The notes under the pieces are model-generated. The model did not search any database. It had not been told where the DNA came from and saw only the letters and a list, made by a program, of their open reading frames with translations. 64,000 nucleotides of DNA from the NCBI RefSeq assembly GCF_000315625.1, contig NW_005434579.1, forward strand, positions 63,594 through 127,593, read 5' to 3'. Of this stretch, positions 35,401-49,825 are shown one piece after another (the first letter of the stretch is position 1; each line of letters opens with the position of its first letter). The translations under genes were made by a program, and so were the position numbers. Source of the DNA: Guillardia theta CCMP2712 (lineage: Eukaryota > Protista > Cryptophyta).

Positions 35401-36462
35401 GACCGAGCGGGTCAGCTTTTTCTCCTCGCCTCCTCCTCCTCTTCCTCGCCTCCTCCTTTACCTCTCCTCCCCTTCTCCTTGTTGTGAGGCTTATTCTTCA
35501 GCTGCTCGCGGCGTTCTACATCGCCAACTGTGTGGAGAAGGAGCGGGACACCAAGTATCAGGTGACGCAGCAGCAGACACACTAGGCTGCTCAGTCTGAT
35601 GACAACTTGTTCAGTGCAAGATTCCGTTCAAAGGGACTTGCAAGGTGAGACGGCAGCTTCGAGTTTCGATCGCACGTCTCAGTCTTGCCATCAGGTCTTC
35701 AAGGCGCCAGAGTTTGTCAAGAAGCATCTGTGGAACAAGCACGTGCCAGTAATGCTCCCTCCCTCCCCCTCCTCTCTCCTCCTTCCTTCCCTCCCTCCCT
35801 CCTCCGTCTCCCCCCCACCCCCCCCCCTTCTGACTGTCGCGAGAGCTCACTGAGAGTTACAGGCGGTCAAGAAGGAGATGTATCTCATGGCCTACCTCAT
35901 GGACCCGCATCGCCCCACAGAGGCTGTTCTCAACCAGGTACGTCCGGCTCCTCGCACGCCCTCCTCCTTGACTTGCTCCTCCAGGGCATCGCCATCGCCA
36001 TGGGCGCAGGAGTTCGCAACGCAGCCTTCGACGCGCGGGGACGAGGAGACATGATGGGGAACGTGCGGGGGCAGGGAGGAGGCATGTCAAGAATGCCGAT
36101 GCCAGTGATGATGGTCCCTCCCATGATGCAGGGAGGTCGCCGGGTAGCTATCCTATCCTGATCTTCCTTCCTCCGCTCACGCTTCTGCAGCCCCCCCACA
36201 TGATGCCCGGCATGGTGAACGCGGTCCAGAGTTCAGACCCGCGGTATGTTGCTGCTTCCTCCTGCCCCCTCCTCCTCCTCCTCCTCCTTCCCTTCCTCCT
36301 CCTCCTCCTCCTTCCCTTCCTCCTCCTCCTCCTCCTGCCCCTGCTCCCTCCTCTCAGTCCGCGCACTCATGAGCATGCAGAGGGCTCAAGGCCTACGTGG
36401 ACCTGGACGCGGTCGGGTCTTCCTCAGCTGGCGACATCGACTACCGCAGCCCCGCGTACTAG
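32468..36462 (+). CDS. SRRT: SERRATE / ARS2 RNA-processing factor, multi-exon
   Basis: MDEDYGRRRR N-terminus; FHEHQDEEWFWEKYHPD; RRM start VFIRQ|IPYKATRRQII; YLRRVHYYSYY; zinc finger CK|VFKAPEFVKKHLWNKH; YLMAYLMDPHRP; C-terminal DPR..AYVDLDA..DIDYRS, as in plant SE and animal ARS2. Confidence 0.92.
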
Positions 36463-36599
36463 ACGAGGCCGACGGTCCGAGGCTCCTCCCGGGCCTTTGG
36501 CTACTAATGATTAAATCCGCATGATCATCGGATGGACTGAGAAAGCTCTCAACTATCAGGAGTGCTGCAGTAATCAGCCGTCACGGGCTAAGCCCCGTC

Positions 36600-36760
36600 T
36601 TACTGAGCATCATTCAATCATGGATCATAGTATACTATAATGCCAGGCCGGCCGGGCCGGCGCCGGCAGCCCGGCGCCGGGCCGCGCCCGGGCCCCCGGC
36701 CCGCCGCCACTGCCACGGGCCCATCAAATGTTTCAACGGTTATTCTGACCATCGGGCGGT
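36600..36760. promoter_or_regulatory. Short GC-rich quasi-palindromic island upstream of the cNMP-domain gene
   Basis: ggccggccgggccggcgccggcagcccggcgccgggccgcgcccgggccccc flanked by AT-rich sequence; the palindrome atagtatactat lies just before it. Confidence 0.45.
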
Positions 36761-37285
36761 TATTCTAGTATTGCAGTTGACATCAATGAGTGCCTGCCAA
36801 AGTTGACATGCCGGGCAGGGAGGGAGGGGAGGGAGGGAAGGAGGGAGGGGAGGAGAGGAGGGAGGGGAGGAGAGGAGGGAGGGGAGAGAGGGAGGGAGGG
36901 GAGGGAGGGGAGAGGAGGAGAGGAGAGGAGAGGGAGGGAGCCTCGGAGGGAGAGGAAAGAGAGGAGAGGGAGTAGGGAATGGAAGAGAGGAGGGAGAGGA
37001 GGAGGAGGAGGAGGAGTAGAGAGGATGGGATGGAAGAGAGGAGAGAGGAGGAGGAGGGAGGAGCTTGAGAGAGGATGGGGCTGTGAGTGTAGGAGGTAAA
37101 GCATTGCAGCAATCATTGGGAGCGGGGGATGGAGACGATTGGAGGCAAGGCATGCGGCAAGGGGATGACTGATGGATTCCAAACAGACCTCTCGCACATG
37201 CACGAGGAGGAAGACGAGGGAGACGAGAAGAGGGAGGAGGGAGAAGAGGGAGGAGGGAGGAGGGGATAGCTGCGGTTCCCATTCC

Positions 37286-39713
37286 ATGCTCAGAGATCAG
37301 CATGAAGGTCCCGACGCCATTGGGCGTCTAGCAAGATCATCGGCGAATCGAGCGAAACTTGTAAGGGCCGGATGCTCGATCCACTCGGTCTATGACGTCC
37401 CGTCGCCGGAGAGGTTGGAAGGAGTCCTTCTCCATGCCATGACGCCGGTTGACTTGTGGAGCAGGAAACTCCGACGGGCTGCGAGCGACGGCCGTTCGAG
37501 CGTGAGCGACAGAGACGACAGCTCCTGCTACTTCGGGGGATCCTCCGAGTCTGAGGTCAGCCTGCGTCTCATGGCGCTGCTCGCTGACGGCAGGAGAAGA
37601 TCGCAGATTACACGGCATGGAAGAAGCACGGGAGGCGACTGGCGGCAGCCTACCGATGCTTGCGGACATCGGCAGTGTTCGCGTGCTTCGATGCCGACGA
37701 GATGGACAGACTGGCCGACAAGATCTCGACAGAGAAGTTCTGTGCCTACGTGCCTGCTCGAACTTGCGCGATGCAGGAGGAGCAGGGCGACGGGATCTGC
37801 TTGTTCCTGCACCGAGGAGCCGTCAGCTGCTACTCCAAGGGCAGCGACACCTTCCACCTCGCCGAAAGTGACTACGGGAGGAAGATGTTCAGCAAGACTG
37901 CTCCTGTGCTGCACCCACATGCTCGCTCCTCTCTGACTCTCCCCCAGGCTCTCATCTGCGACCTCGCCTTCGTCTCCGGCTGCCCATGGCCCTTCTCCGC
38001 CGTCACCGACAGCGACTCGGAGGTCATCGTGATCATGAGATCGCAGCTGGACGACATGCTGGGGGACGCCAAGACCGAGAAGAAGGCGATGAGAGATGTG
38101 GAGGGAGAGCCAAGTCGCTGATCCTCCTAGCAGGTCTCGGCGCACTTCCGGTACCTGTCGGAGAGGTCGAATGTGGAGTTCAAAGAGTTCTCGGAGACCT
38201 TTGTTGGTGGACCTGACCAGCTCCTTCCCATCTTCCGCGGGGTCAGACCTCCTCCTGCTCCTCCTGCTCCTCCTGCTCCTCCTGCTCCTGCTCCTCCTCT
38301 TCTTCTTCTTCTCCTCCTCCTCCTTAACTTCCCCCCCCCCGGAGGTTTCATCTCTCACTTGGCCTGCAGGTCATGAAGCACCCGACCATGCCTCCGAACT
38401 TCCGGCCTCTGATCGCTCCTGTTGCTGTGCGGCTGAAGGAGCTGACGGAGAACATCGCTCCCTCTCTCTTTCACCAGGCAGAAGATCTCCTATCCTCCTC
38501 AGCGGTCAAGCAAGACAGCAGTGACAACCTTGCCGTCATCCGATCCTACAACATGGAGAGGTCCAACCATCCTCCTCCTCCTCCTCCTCCTCCTCCTCCT
38601 CTCCTTGCGATCTTGACGGGACTGCAGAAAACTTGAGCGCCATGGCGACGTGCTCAGCCAGGCGAAGCTGCAGATCGATCTGTCAACAGCCACGTCGAGG
38701 AAAGCAAGACACGACATGCTGGTGCTTGTTGCAACCGTTATGTTGCAATGAAACACTTCAGGTGCTGAGGGATCACTGTCGGGTAGCCAACAACTGGCAG
38801 ACGCTAGAGAGGTATGCTCGATCAGTTTCCAACTCAGGGATGAGAATGACTGCAGGTTCGAAGACTACGAGCGTAAGGAAGTGATCGGTGCAAAGAGCCT
38901 GCAGAATCAGTTCCGAGACTTCAAGATTCAACATGTCGTCGACTACTACGACAGGCAACCCAAGGACTCAGACGTCCCTCGTGATCTCAACCTGGCCCGC
39001 AGGCATGGCAGGCGAGCGCCTGACCTGTTGAGGAATGAGATCGCGTTGCATGCGCTCAAGATGAAGGAGCGCATGGAGGAGGCGAAGCAGACCATCTTCG
39101 ATGCCGTATGGCCCTGAGCCGTTGACGCCACCATGAGCTGACGCCCGAGCAGGGGCTCCTCTCCAAGTACGTGAAGAAGCTGCAGAAGCCCTCAGCCAAA
39201 GAGATGAAGGCGAGCGGGAGCAGCGCGTCTTTGACCTCAAAGTCAGGTCGGTGACCTGTCTCAACTTCGTTACTTCCTCCTTCCTTGTCTTGTCGTTTCG
39301 TGTCTCATGGGAGGTTGAGCAGGGGGAAAGAATTCTTTGCCGCAGCCTCTGCCCTGGCAGCGAAAGTTTCCTGAGCTCCTGCAGAAGAAAGCAAAGCCCA
39401 CGGCCAAGGATCGTCTGCCTTCGATAGGCAAGCCAGCTAGACGGAGCCAGTCGGTCGAGCCAGTTGGTGAGAGGCACGAAGAATTTCTGGTATCGAGCAA
39501 CAAGACTCGGACCATCCTGACGCTCTCTCTCCAGTTCTCGCGCGACTATGGGAAAGAGCTCCTAGAGACATCGCTCACAGGTGCTGCTGCTGCCTTGCTT
39601 GCCTCACTTCATGAATGTCCAGCAGCACGCCTCCACCTCTCTGTCTTGGTCTTGATCAAGCTTCTCGTGACTTTGTTTCAGATTCAGAAGATGATCAGGC
39701 TGAGCTGAAGTGA
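37286..39713 (+). CDS. Cyclic-nucleotide-binding (CAP_ED/cNMP)-like domain protein, multi-exon
   Basis: LRTSAVFACFDADEMDRLADKISTEKF...QGDGICLFLHRGAVSCY...DLAFVSGCPWPFSAVTDSDSEVIVIMRSQLDDML follows the cNMP domain layout. The C-terminal region is not recognised and both ends are approximate. Confidence 0.7.
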
Positions 39714-39793
39714 TGCAAAAATCGGTCCTCGTTCGATAATTTCTTTCTATTTGATTCAGAATGTTGTTTGTAATGTATAGATGTTGCTTGTAA

Positions 39794-42366
39794 CTATACA
39801 CTTGCTACTGTTCCTGGCCACTCGCTATCCCATCGACTGGCTTCTACTTCTTGAACTCGGGTGAACACAACATCTGGCGACGGCACGCGCATCCATATCT
39901 ATATCAACAGTAACCACACGAGTTCTTCAGCACAGACATCTGGCAACCTTTAGCTTCTTGTCTTTCCATACGCCCTTTCCCTTCCATCAAACCGTCAGTG
40001 ACTCTAGCAATAAGGCAACTCTTCCTTCTTACCTGCAAGTACAGTCTCAGCTGTCGTTCTCTATCCCGACGATCAATTTTCTGTCGACAAATCAGTCTTG
40101 AAGATCTGAGCATGAGGAGTCAAGGTCTCCTAATCTCTTACAAGAATCACGCTAGCAGGCAGCAAGTCTGGCATGCACACGTCGGTTTTCAGTTTCCCGA
40201 AGAATCGATTGGTACTCGACGCCGCGCTTGTGCTGTTTGCCTTCCATCGCGACTTGATGACATCTTCTGTTTGCTCCCATTTGTCAAGAAGAATGCAGAC
40301 TGAGCCAGAGCTCTTGTCCACTTCTACCACAGTTCCTTTTCTCCAGAGAAATTCAGCAGGATCGAGTACCAGCACCGCCTCGTTCATCAGGTCCTCTGCC
40401 TTGTGGAAAAATCCTCGCGACTCTCTGACAGCCTGGACAAAAACTTTGAGTGCACATATAGTCAAACAAGGATTCACTACCGGATCATGTACGCGATCTG
40501 AGAACAGCTCTTCGAATGAGTTTGAAATTTCTCTTGCCATGATGGTAGCGTCATCCTGTTCCCCACTATAATACAGGCAGTTTCGCCATACCTACCGGGT
40601 GGATGTTGATGATGTTTGAGTATCACAACACGTACCTGGATCACATCAAACCGGACTTGATGTGGATTCATGTACTTCCCATCGTTCAGCTTTTGCTGTA
40701 TCGTCCCGAGGTCCATCGGTCGTTTGACTTTCTGGGAGTAGTTTTCCAATTCGCTAGTGGCTGTAGCGATGGGCTCTAGAAAGGGCCATGCACAGACATG
40801 TCCCGTGATATCCTGCCAAACACGCTCATGGCCCATCCCTTTCATCGCTCCGCTCCCACACCTTCAGGAGCGCTTTACACTCTGCCATCGGGCTGACAGC
40901 GATAGCACGACAAATCCTCATACTGAAGGTCGGAGGAGGAAGCTTCGCAGCCGGGGGTCGATTGTTGCTCCATTTCTTATAGTTGTTGCAAAATGCAGCT
41001 CCTGGCAAATTTTCGATGAGAGAAGTTATCTGTTCATATCCTTCTAGTCCAAAAAACTTCTCGCCGCTCATTTCACTGTAGAAACATCGTCACAGGCTCG
41101 TAGATGGAGCTAAGAATTTCCTTTCCTGCGAATTTTGACAGATACTTGCGATAATACTTCACTAGCATTATTTCCAGCCATCCTTTTCTCTGGATTATCA
41201 AGAGGAGTGATTCCTGCATCATTGTGAAAATTCAACTAAGTAAGCCTCACAATCCTTACGAAATAATGGTTGAGTGCCACAGTGCATTATCTCACAGGAA
41301 AATCTAGATGGTTTACCATCTTGACGAGTCTTGTAGGTCCTTATTGCCTGCACACATTCAAAGTCTCAATTGTGTTTTGATCAGCAGATCTGTAAAAAGA
41401 TTGTACCCTGTACCCGACGGGGAAAATATGCGTTTCGTCATGAAAGTGTTTATGGCTTGTTATGATTTCACCCAAGCTCTCAAGAACTAGTTTTCCTTCT
41501 TCGTTGTATATTGGTAGAGAATATTCTCCTAGCAGGCGATTTGGAGCATCTATGCATAGTGTGTCAAAGCAGATTTTCCACAGAACTCTTGACCTTGTCT
41601 GTAAGAAGCGTTCTTTCCATTGTTGTACTGCAATTCTACCTTTTCCCATGATAGATAATGAGCGTCGCTCAATACGGATTGAGAAACATCATTCGTTTTT
41701 GCTAGATGCTCCAAAATCTAGAAATCGGGCAAAAGAGTTAGGCTTCTACTTCACTTGAAATTAGATCGAGTAGACCTCTTGCAATTTAGTGAATTTTTCT
41801 CCCGTTGGTGCTAGAAACAAGAACATCTTTGCATCATCAACGCTGTAAAAGAGAAAATATCTCATGGTTTCTCTATCAAAATCGCACATTCTACCTGGAA
41901 TGCATGATGCGGCAAGTCCACCCCCGGATTTGGAGGTCTGGACCTCCAAAATTCAAGATCTTTGACCTTAATTCTATCATGGCACGGTCCTGAGTAATCT
42001 TTTCAGCTCCGTCGTCTGTTGCTGTTGGCGATGATTCATGAGTATCAGAGATCTTTCTCTTGTTCGATTTTGTGCCACTTCCATCTTGAGCTTGTGCCTC
42101 CAAACATACCGCATTTGAGAGACTGGCCCGATTTCCTGCAGCTTTCACAAGAGCAGCTGCTAGTTGAGAATCTTCAAGATCTTGGCTGTCAACTTCTACA
42201 TCCACTTGTGTGACCGTCGTAGATGCAGCAGCAGTGGCATTCGAAATTGATCCTGCAGGTGTCAGGTAAGAACCCACGATCGATGCTTTTGAGCAGCACC
42301 TTCAACATCGCCCCCTTCACTGTCACTCGAGGTTGTCAGTCCTGAATCAGCCTGCGCACTCTTCAT
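39794..42366 (-). CDS. Chromatin reader with MBD-like, FYRN, FYRC, bromodomain and possible C-terminal Tudor-like domain, multi-exon
   Basis: GWTCRI..FLAPTGEKFTKLQE|ILEHL (MBD-like); LESLGEI...FHDETHIFPVGYRVQSFYRS (FYRN); SGEKFFGL...SLIENLPGAAFCNNY (FYRC); AWPFLEPI...YSQKVKRPMDLGTIQQKLNDGKY (bromodomain). Start approximate. Confidence 0.85.
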
Positions 42367-43162
42367 CGTGCGCCTTGATTGCAATCCTTTGCTCAATTCA
42401 CAACACCGTTTGTCTCTGTTGCTCGTATCTTCACGGCATTGAACCTTCGGGGATTTCTGTTCGAACGAATTGCACCCAGCTCAAACACCTGCAACTACAA
42501 ATTTCGTTCAGTGCCCCACCCTTTTCATTTCATTGAAAACATTCATGAGCTTTCTGATTTGTTGATCAATCAAAGCATATCTCGGATACAGCAGACAGCA
42601 AAATTCTTCAGCTTGGAGGTAACTACGCTGTTCAATACATACAGACATTGTTGTCAGGAGTGAAATTGCAGAATGCACTTTTAAGAATCAAGGACATCAA
42701 TTTGGGAGATCATCTTGAGTGAATGGGATAATCATTCATGCGGATCTGTACATATTTTGTTCCAGGAGAGTGAGGTATGTATCAGTGAGCAAGGGTGCGG
42801 GAGGATGGTTCAGAGAGAATGGGAGGGTCGCATGAACACATTGAAGGGCATGAAGACTGCAGCTGCCCTTCTTCACTTCTACTCCATAGTCCGTGTATGT
42901 TCCGATGCCGCCATACTCCTTGCCGCACTCCCTCCCGCCATACTCATTGCCGCACAGCAAGGAGAACCCTCTGAGCAATTCGATGGGACCTAACTCATTT
43001 ACAAATATCTATTTTCAAATTTGAATTTAACGAATGATATTTGGGCGATTATGAGCATAGAATCTGAAAAAGGAGTATTGTAGTAGCTATCGGTTCAGCG
43101 ACGATGATGCCTGGGGAGCCACGTTGCTTTGACGCCATGGTGAGAGGAGAGGAGAGGAGAGG

Positions 43163-43312
43163 AAGGGAGCGGAGCGAGGAGACGAGCAAGGGAGCGGAGC
43201 GAGGAGACGAGCAAGGGAGCGGAGCGAGGAGACGAGCAAGGGAGCGGAGCGAGGAGACGAGCAAGGGAGCGGAGCGAGGAGACGAGCAAGGGAGCGGAGC
43301 GAGGAGACGAGC
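43163..43312. repeat. Perfect minisatellite, 25 bp x 6
   Basis: aagggagcggagcgaggagacgagc repeated six times with no spacers. Confidence 0.95.
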
Positions 43313-43719
43313 AAGGGGAGGTAGGCATAGCGGGATGAGGATTTCAATGGGTTGAAAAAGGGTAAACTTGTGAGATTGAATAAGAAGAGATCAAAGGAAT
43401 GAGAGGGGAGGAGGGAGGAAGGAAGAGGGGAGGGGAGACTATCTGGTTGAGTAGGAAAAGAGAGCAGATTGCAGAGGCATCGGTAGGAGAAGTAAGCACA
43501 AAGATGCAAGATGGGCGAAGAATCGAGTATGAGGAGAAGCTGGAGAACTATCTACGAATAATGAATGGTGTATCTTATGACTTTGCACAGAATTCGCTCA
43601 ATACATCAATAGAGTAAACTGTGATGAATCTTTAGTCGAATGTCAATTTCATTCAAAACTTACGCTCAACGGTCCATATGTAAAGAACAAGCTTTCACCA
43701 CCATCTATGTACAGAACTT

Positions 43720-45891
43720 TCATTTCGATGTAGATCGCTCCTGCATCCTGAGACATTGCCAAGTCAAATGATGAACATGATGGCACGAGGACCTTCCTTG
43801 ACTCTCTCACCTCAATAGCTTCACGAAACTCCTAGGATCAAAGCCTCGTCCAGACTTCTGCCTCTACACCCTCCAACTCACACTTGCGTTACAAGCATCA
43901 TCATCACTTCCTGACCTGCAAGATCTCTTGGGGAATTCTCAAAACGCTGCTGCCCGTCACTTCCTCTTCGCTCAGCAGAGGATTCCTGCCGACGTTGAGA
44001 TCCTCCAGTCTCTCGCATCTGTGCAACGCCATGGGGATCTAAAGTACCGAGACTCACACTAGCCTTCCCCAGCTCCTCTTCCTCTGCTTCTCTGCTCCGG
44101 CCCACCTGCCCTCATTGCTCCCTTCTCTTCCTTGCTCACCTCTTTGATCAAGTTGGAGAACAGGTTCAAGTACTGCAGGTACTTCAAATCTCCCACTGCC
44201 TGCAGAAGCACAAATTCATCTGGGACAGATGAGACGGACAAGTGATACCTGTGGAATCTCAGAGATTTGGTTGAAGGACAGAGCTAGCGTGACAAGTCTT
44301 GTGTGTTTTGATATGTAATCAGGAATGATTTTGATGTTGTTCCTGTCAAGAAATCGTCAGCACATTCGCTGCGCTCAGTACAACATTCATCGTTCCTTGA
44401 CAGGGAGAGGGCTTCAAGGTACTTCATGTTACTCAGCGCATCCGGGATCTCACTGATCAAATTCCTATCCAAGTACAAGAAGGCCAGGACTGCACTTGCG
44501 ATCAGACAAGGCTCACAAGAAGGACTAGGACTCGTTTACACTCATATTCTGGATTCTTCCAGATGACATTCGGAACCTGCAATGACGTCAACGTTCATCA
44601 AGATCAGCAAACGCTGACACCTGCTGGATCTCCTTCTCCTGCCAATTCAGGCTCTGCAACAAGAGGATGTCAGCGGGGGATATGCAGCGGCTGCCATGAC
44701 CAGATGGCCTCGTTGCTCCTCTTTGTCCTCCTCGACTGGTTGCGCTGCTGTGCTGTCTGACCAGGAGCTCTCAGATGCAGTCAAAGACAAGCGTAAGGAC
44801 CCAAGTGCGGGAGCTCGGCCGACTGAGCTTGCTGGATCCTCGAGGGGATGTCCTGGTCCTGTGACGGTTGTTAGGCAGACGTCGCAGGGGACGCGCGTCA
44901 GACGTGGTGGGGAGGGATGGAGATGTTGGAGGGACAGGTTTGTAGCTCAAAGCCCTGCCTCTCCGTCGGGTGAAACCTCCTGTCCCGGTGGAGCCTTTCA
45001 TTCCGCAAATCTGCGCTCAGCCCCAGCACAGCATTCCGCTGGATGTGTCCGGCTTGTAGGCTGAACCAAAGTCAGCTGTGCTCTCACACACAGCCAAGGG
45101 ATACTTGCTGATCCAAAGATGGACGTCACTTTTCGAGCTCGCTCGGAACGTCAGCGTTGTCCGCTCTAATATCACCTGAAACTTGCAGGTATCCTGCGGC
45201 CTTTGGGTTGAGACCTTGTACGTTGAGCTCGCAAGAGGAGGACGAGGACGAGGAGCAGGAGAAGGAGGGAGGAGGGAACAGGGAGGAGGGAGGAGGAGAA
45301 CCTTGTCAGCCGTTAGCACGTAGATAATGCAGCTTCTGGTCATATCAACAATCCGAGCAGGCCTGGGGACGCAAATCTCTCAGACTCGCTTACGTCATCA
45401 ACTCACTCACCTCATCCTCTCAAGACTGTCAGCGAGTGCGGCCTCCAGCTCCCCCACCGTCTTCTCAAGTCTCCTCGCCTTCTTCACATTCGCCTTTGAC
45501 GTCGCGTCCGACCTCGCCTGCCGCTGGCGTCACACAACAGGCGAGAAGCTGACATGCTCGCCTTGATGGCAGCGATGCTCGAAGTCGCTGCGGAGAGGTT
45601 GTGCTCTATCGACTCCTTGTGATGCCGCAGCTTGACCTGATCGTCCCAGAAGAACTTGAGCTTGCCGTACACGTTCTCCTCGTCTGCCCACATCTCGTCA
45701 GACCTCATCTCGCTCGCTCTCGCTCTCTCTCTCAGACTTGCCGTACTGGCCCGAGCAGTACTGTACCCACACCTTGTCCCAAGTCCGACGCTCCTCCCCT
45801 TCTGTACGAACAAGTAGCCATCCTGCCGCAAGCAACTTAGCAACTCTACTCCCCCGCTCCTCGTACCTTGAAGGCTGATCACTTCCTCCAT
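43720..45891 (-). CDS. PH-domain (interrupted) + leucine-rich-repeat protein, multi-exon
   Basis: Spliced N-terminus LQG|WLLVRTEGEERRTWDKVWVQY...KLKFFWD and later KFQVILERTTLTFRASSKSDVHLWISK (PH). LRRs LYLDRNLISEIP, LEALSLSRN, LVTLALSFNQISEIP, LQYLNLFSNLIKE, LEDLNVGRNPL. 3' end approximate. Confidence 0.8.
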
Positions 45892-46346
45892 CTCTACGCG
45901 CCTTGCTCCTCCTCGGCCCTAGGCTGCAACATGGAAGGAGACTGAGGCTCAGGAGAGCTGCTGCTGCGTCTCATGGTGGGCGAGGAGCGAGCGGGTAGGA
46001 GCAATGGGGGCCCTACTCGAAAAGGATGGAAATGGAAATCTGGAGCGCTAGGGAAGGCCCAGGGGCAGGGGGGGGAGGGGAAAGAGAGAATCAGACAGGA
46101 AGGAGAACGAGAGGGATGATGAAACATGGAGGCAGACAACTTTGACACGAACAGTTCAAGTCAGCAGAATCACCCGACGGAACAGGAGCCAAGGGCATAG
46201 CACGACAGGGGTCAGGTGAAGGAGCATACACTGAGCCTTCGCCACGAGAGGTCGATCACGGATGGTTTACTATCCTTGTTTCACGCTTAAGAATATGCGG
46301 ATGCAACGTGGAGATGATCAATCCCCACGCGGACGTCTTTGACCCT

Positions 46347-48649
<2,303 letters not shown>

Positions 48650-49169
48650 GTCTGCGCAAGAGGAGCCTTTCAGAACTTCGAGATAGATTAAAAAGTTAAG
48701 ACGTTCACAGTATGCCAAAGGAACATCCCGCCTTACTATATCTACAACTTGCACAACGAAAAATTACGACATGACAGACATGAGCGATTCGTGAGCCCTG
48801 TCAACCATCTCTAAATGCGCTGAATGAAATAAGCTTTGCTCCTAAGAACATTACATAATTGGGATGTGCTCTCGCGTTTGGGGATTGCACCTATCAAAGA
48901 ACAAGAGTTGAAGGTTCCTAGTATGTACACGTACGCACGCTCAGTCATTCAATCTGGATCAACATGGTAGCGCCGTGAATTGTGAAGAAGAAGAGAGAAG
49001 AGGGGTGCAGGGAGCACGGAGAGGCAGGAAGCATCTGGTTGACAAGCACTGGCGCAACGCGGCATGGCGAGGGCGAGAAGCGACGGGGGAACATTGTCAT
49101 CACGCAGGGGGAAGGTCGGCATGAGAGGCAGCGGGCGAGGAGGAATACCTCAACCAACTTGGCATTTCG

Positions 49170-49765
49170 TAAAACATACATTTTAGTTGGTATGGACAAT
49201 TGATTGCAATATACCTTTTAAATGACAGATCAACAACTAATCCTGATTTTATTATACAAAAAAGCATTTATAAAATATCGTTTTGTACACGAAATGGATA
49301 GGATCTCTAGCTTATCAAATATTTTCAATACTGATTATTTATAAATGTTTTATCAATATCAAAAACTTTACTCAAGTTATTATAATTAAGTACTGAGAGA
49401 ATTGGTATGCCTAAAGGGTGTAGGAGTTCTAGACACGCCAACTTGGAATGGGAACTGAATTTGGTCTTCTACGCCCCGGCAGTTTTACATCTGTATGGAG
49501 TTTTTAATATTAGTACCAGAGTTTTAAAAAGAGAGAAGATTTTTTTTTCATTGAAAGAGAGGGGACTAGTCTGATATCACAAATAAATATTATAAAAATT
49601 AACTGTATTTTATTGTACAAAAACAATGTACTTTTTTGTATGAACTATAATGTTTGTTTATACACAGATAGTTGCTGTTGTATCATCATAATAATGTTTT
49701 ATCGCCTACCTCTGGAGCAGAAAAATACTTATTAAAAATACTGACCGTTATCCTTGATTGTAATG
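49170..49765. other. Very AT-rich island with degenerate inverted arms (possible decayed foldback/MITE) in a divergent intergenic region
   Basis: Abrupt fall in GC. Left arm caacaacta..atacaaaaaagcatt..gttttgtacacgaaat (49231-49295) mirrors right arm attttattgtacaaaaac..aatgtacttttttgtat..tagttgctg (49607-49678). Confidence 0.4.
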
Positions 49766-49825
49766 TAGTAACGGAGGTGTGGTTCACCGGCTTTCGCGGA
49801 TTTCTCTCAAGATTGACCCGACAGT

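Noticed and set aside
43163-43312. CRISPR-like array
   Set aside because: Units are head-to-tail with no unique spacers, the context is eukaryotic, and there are no cas genes.
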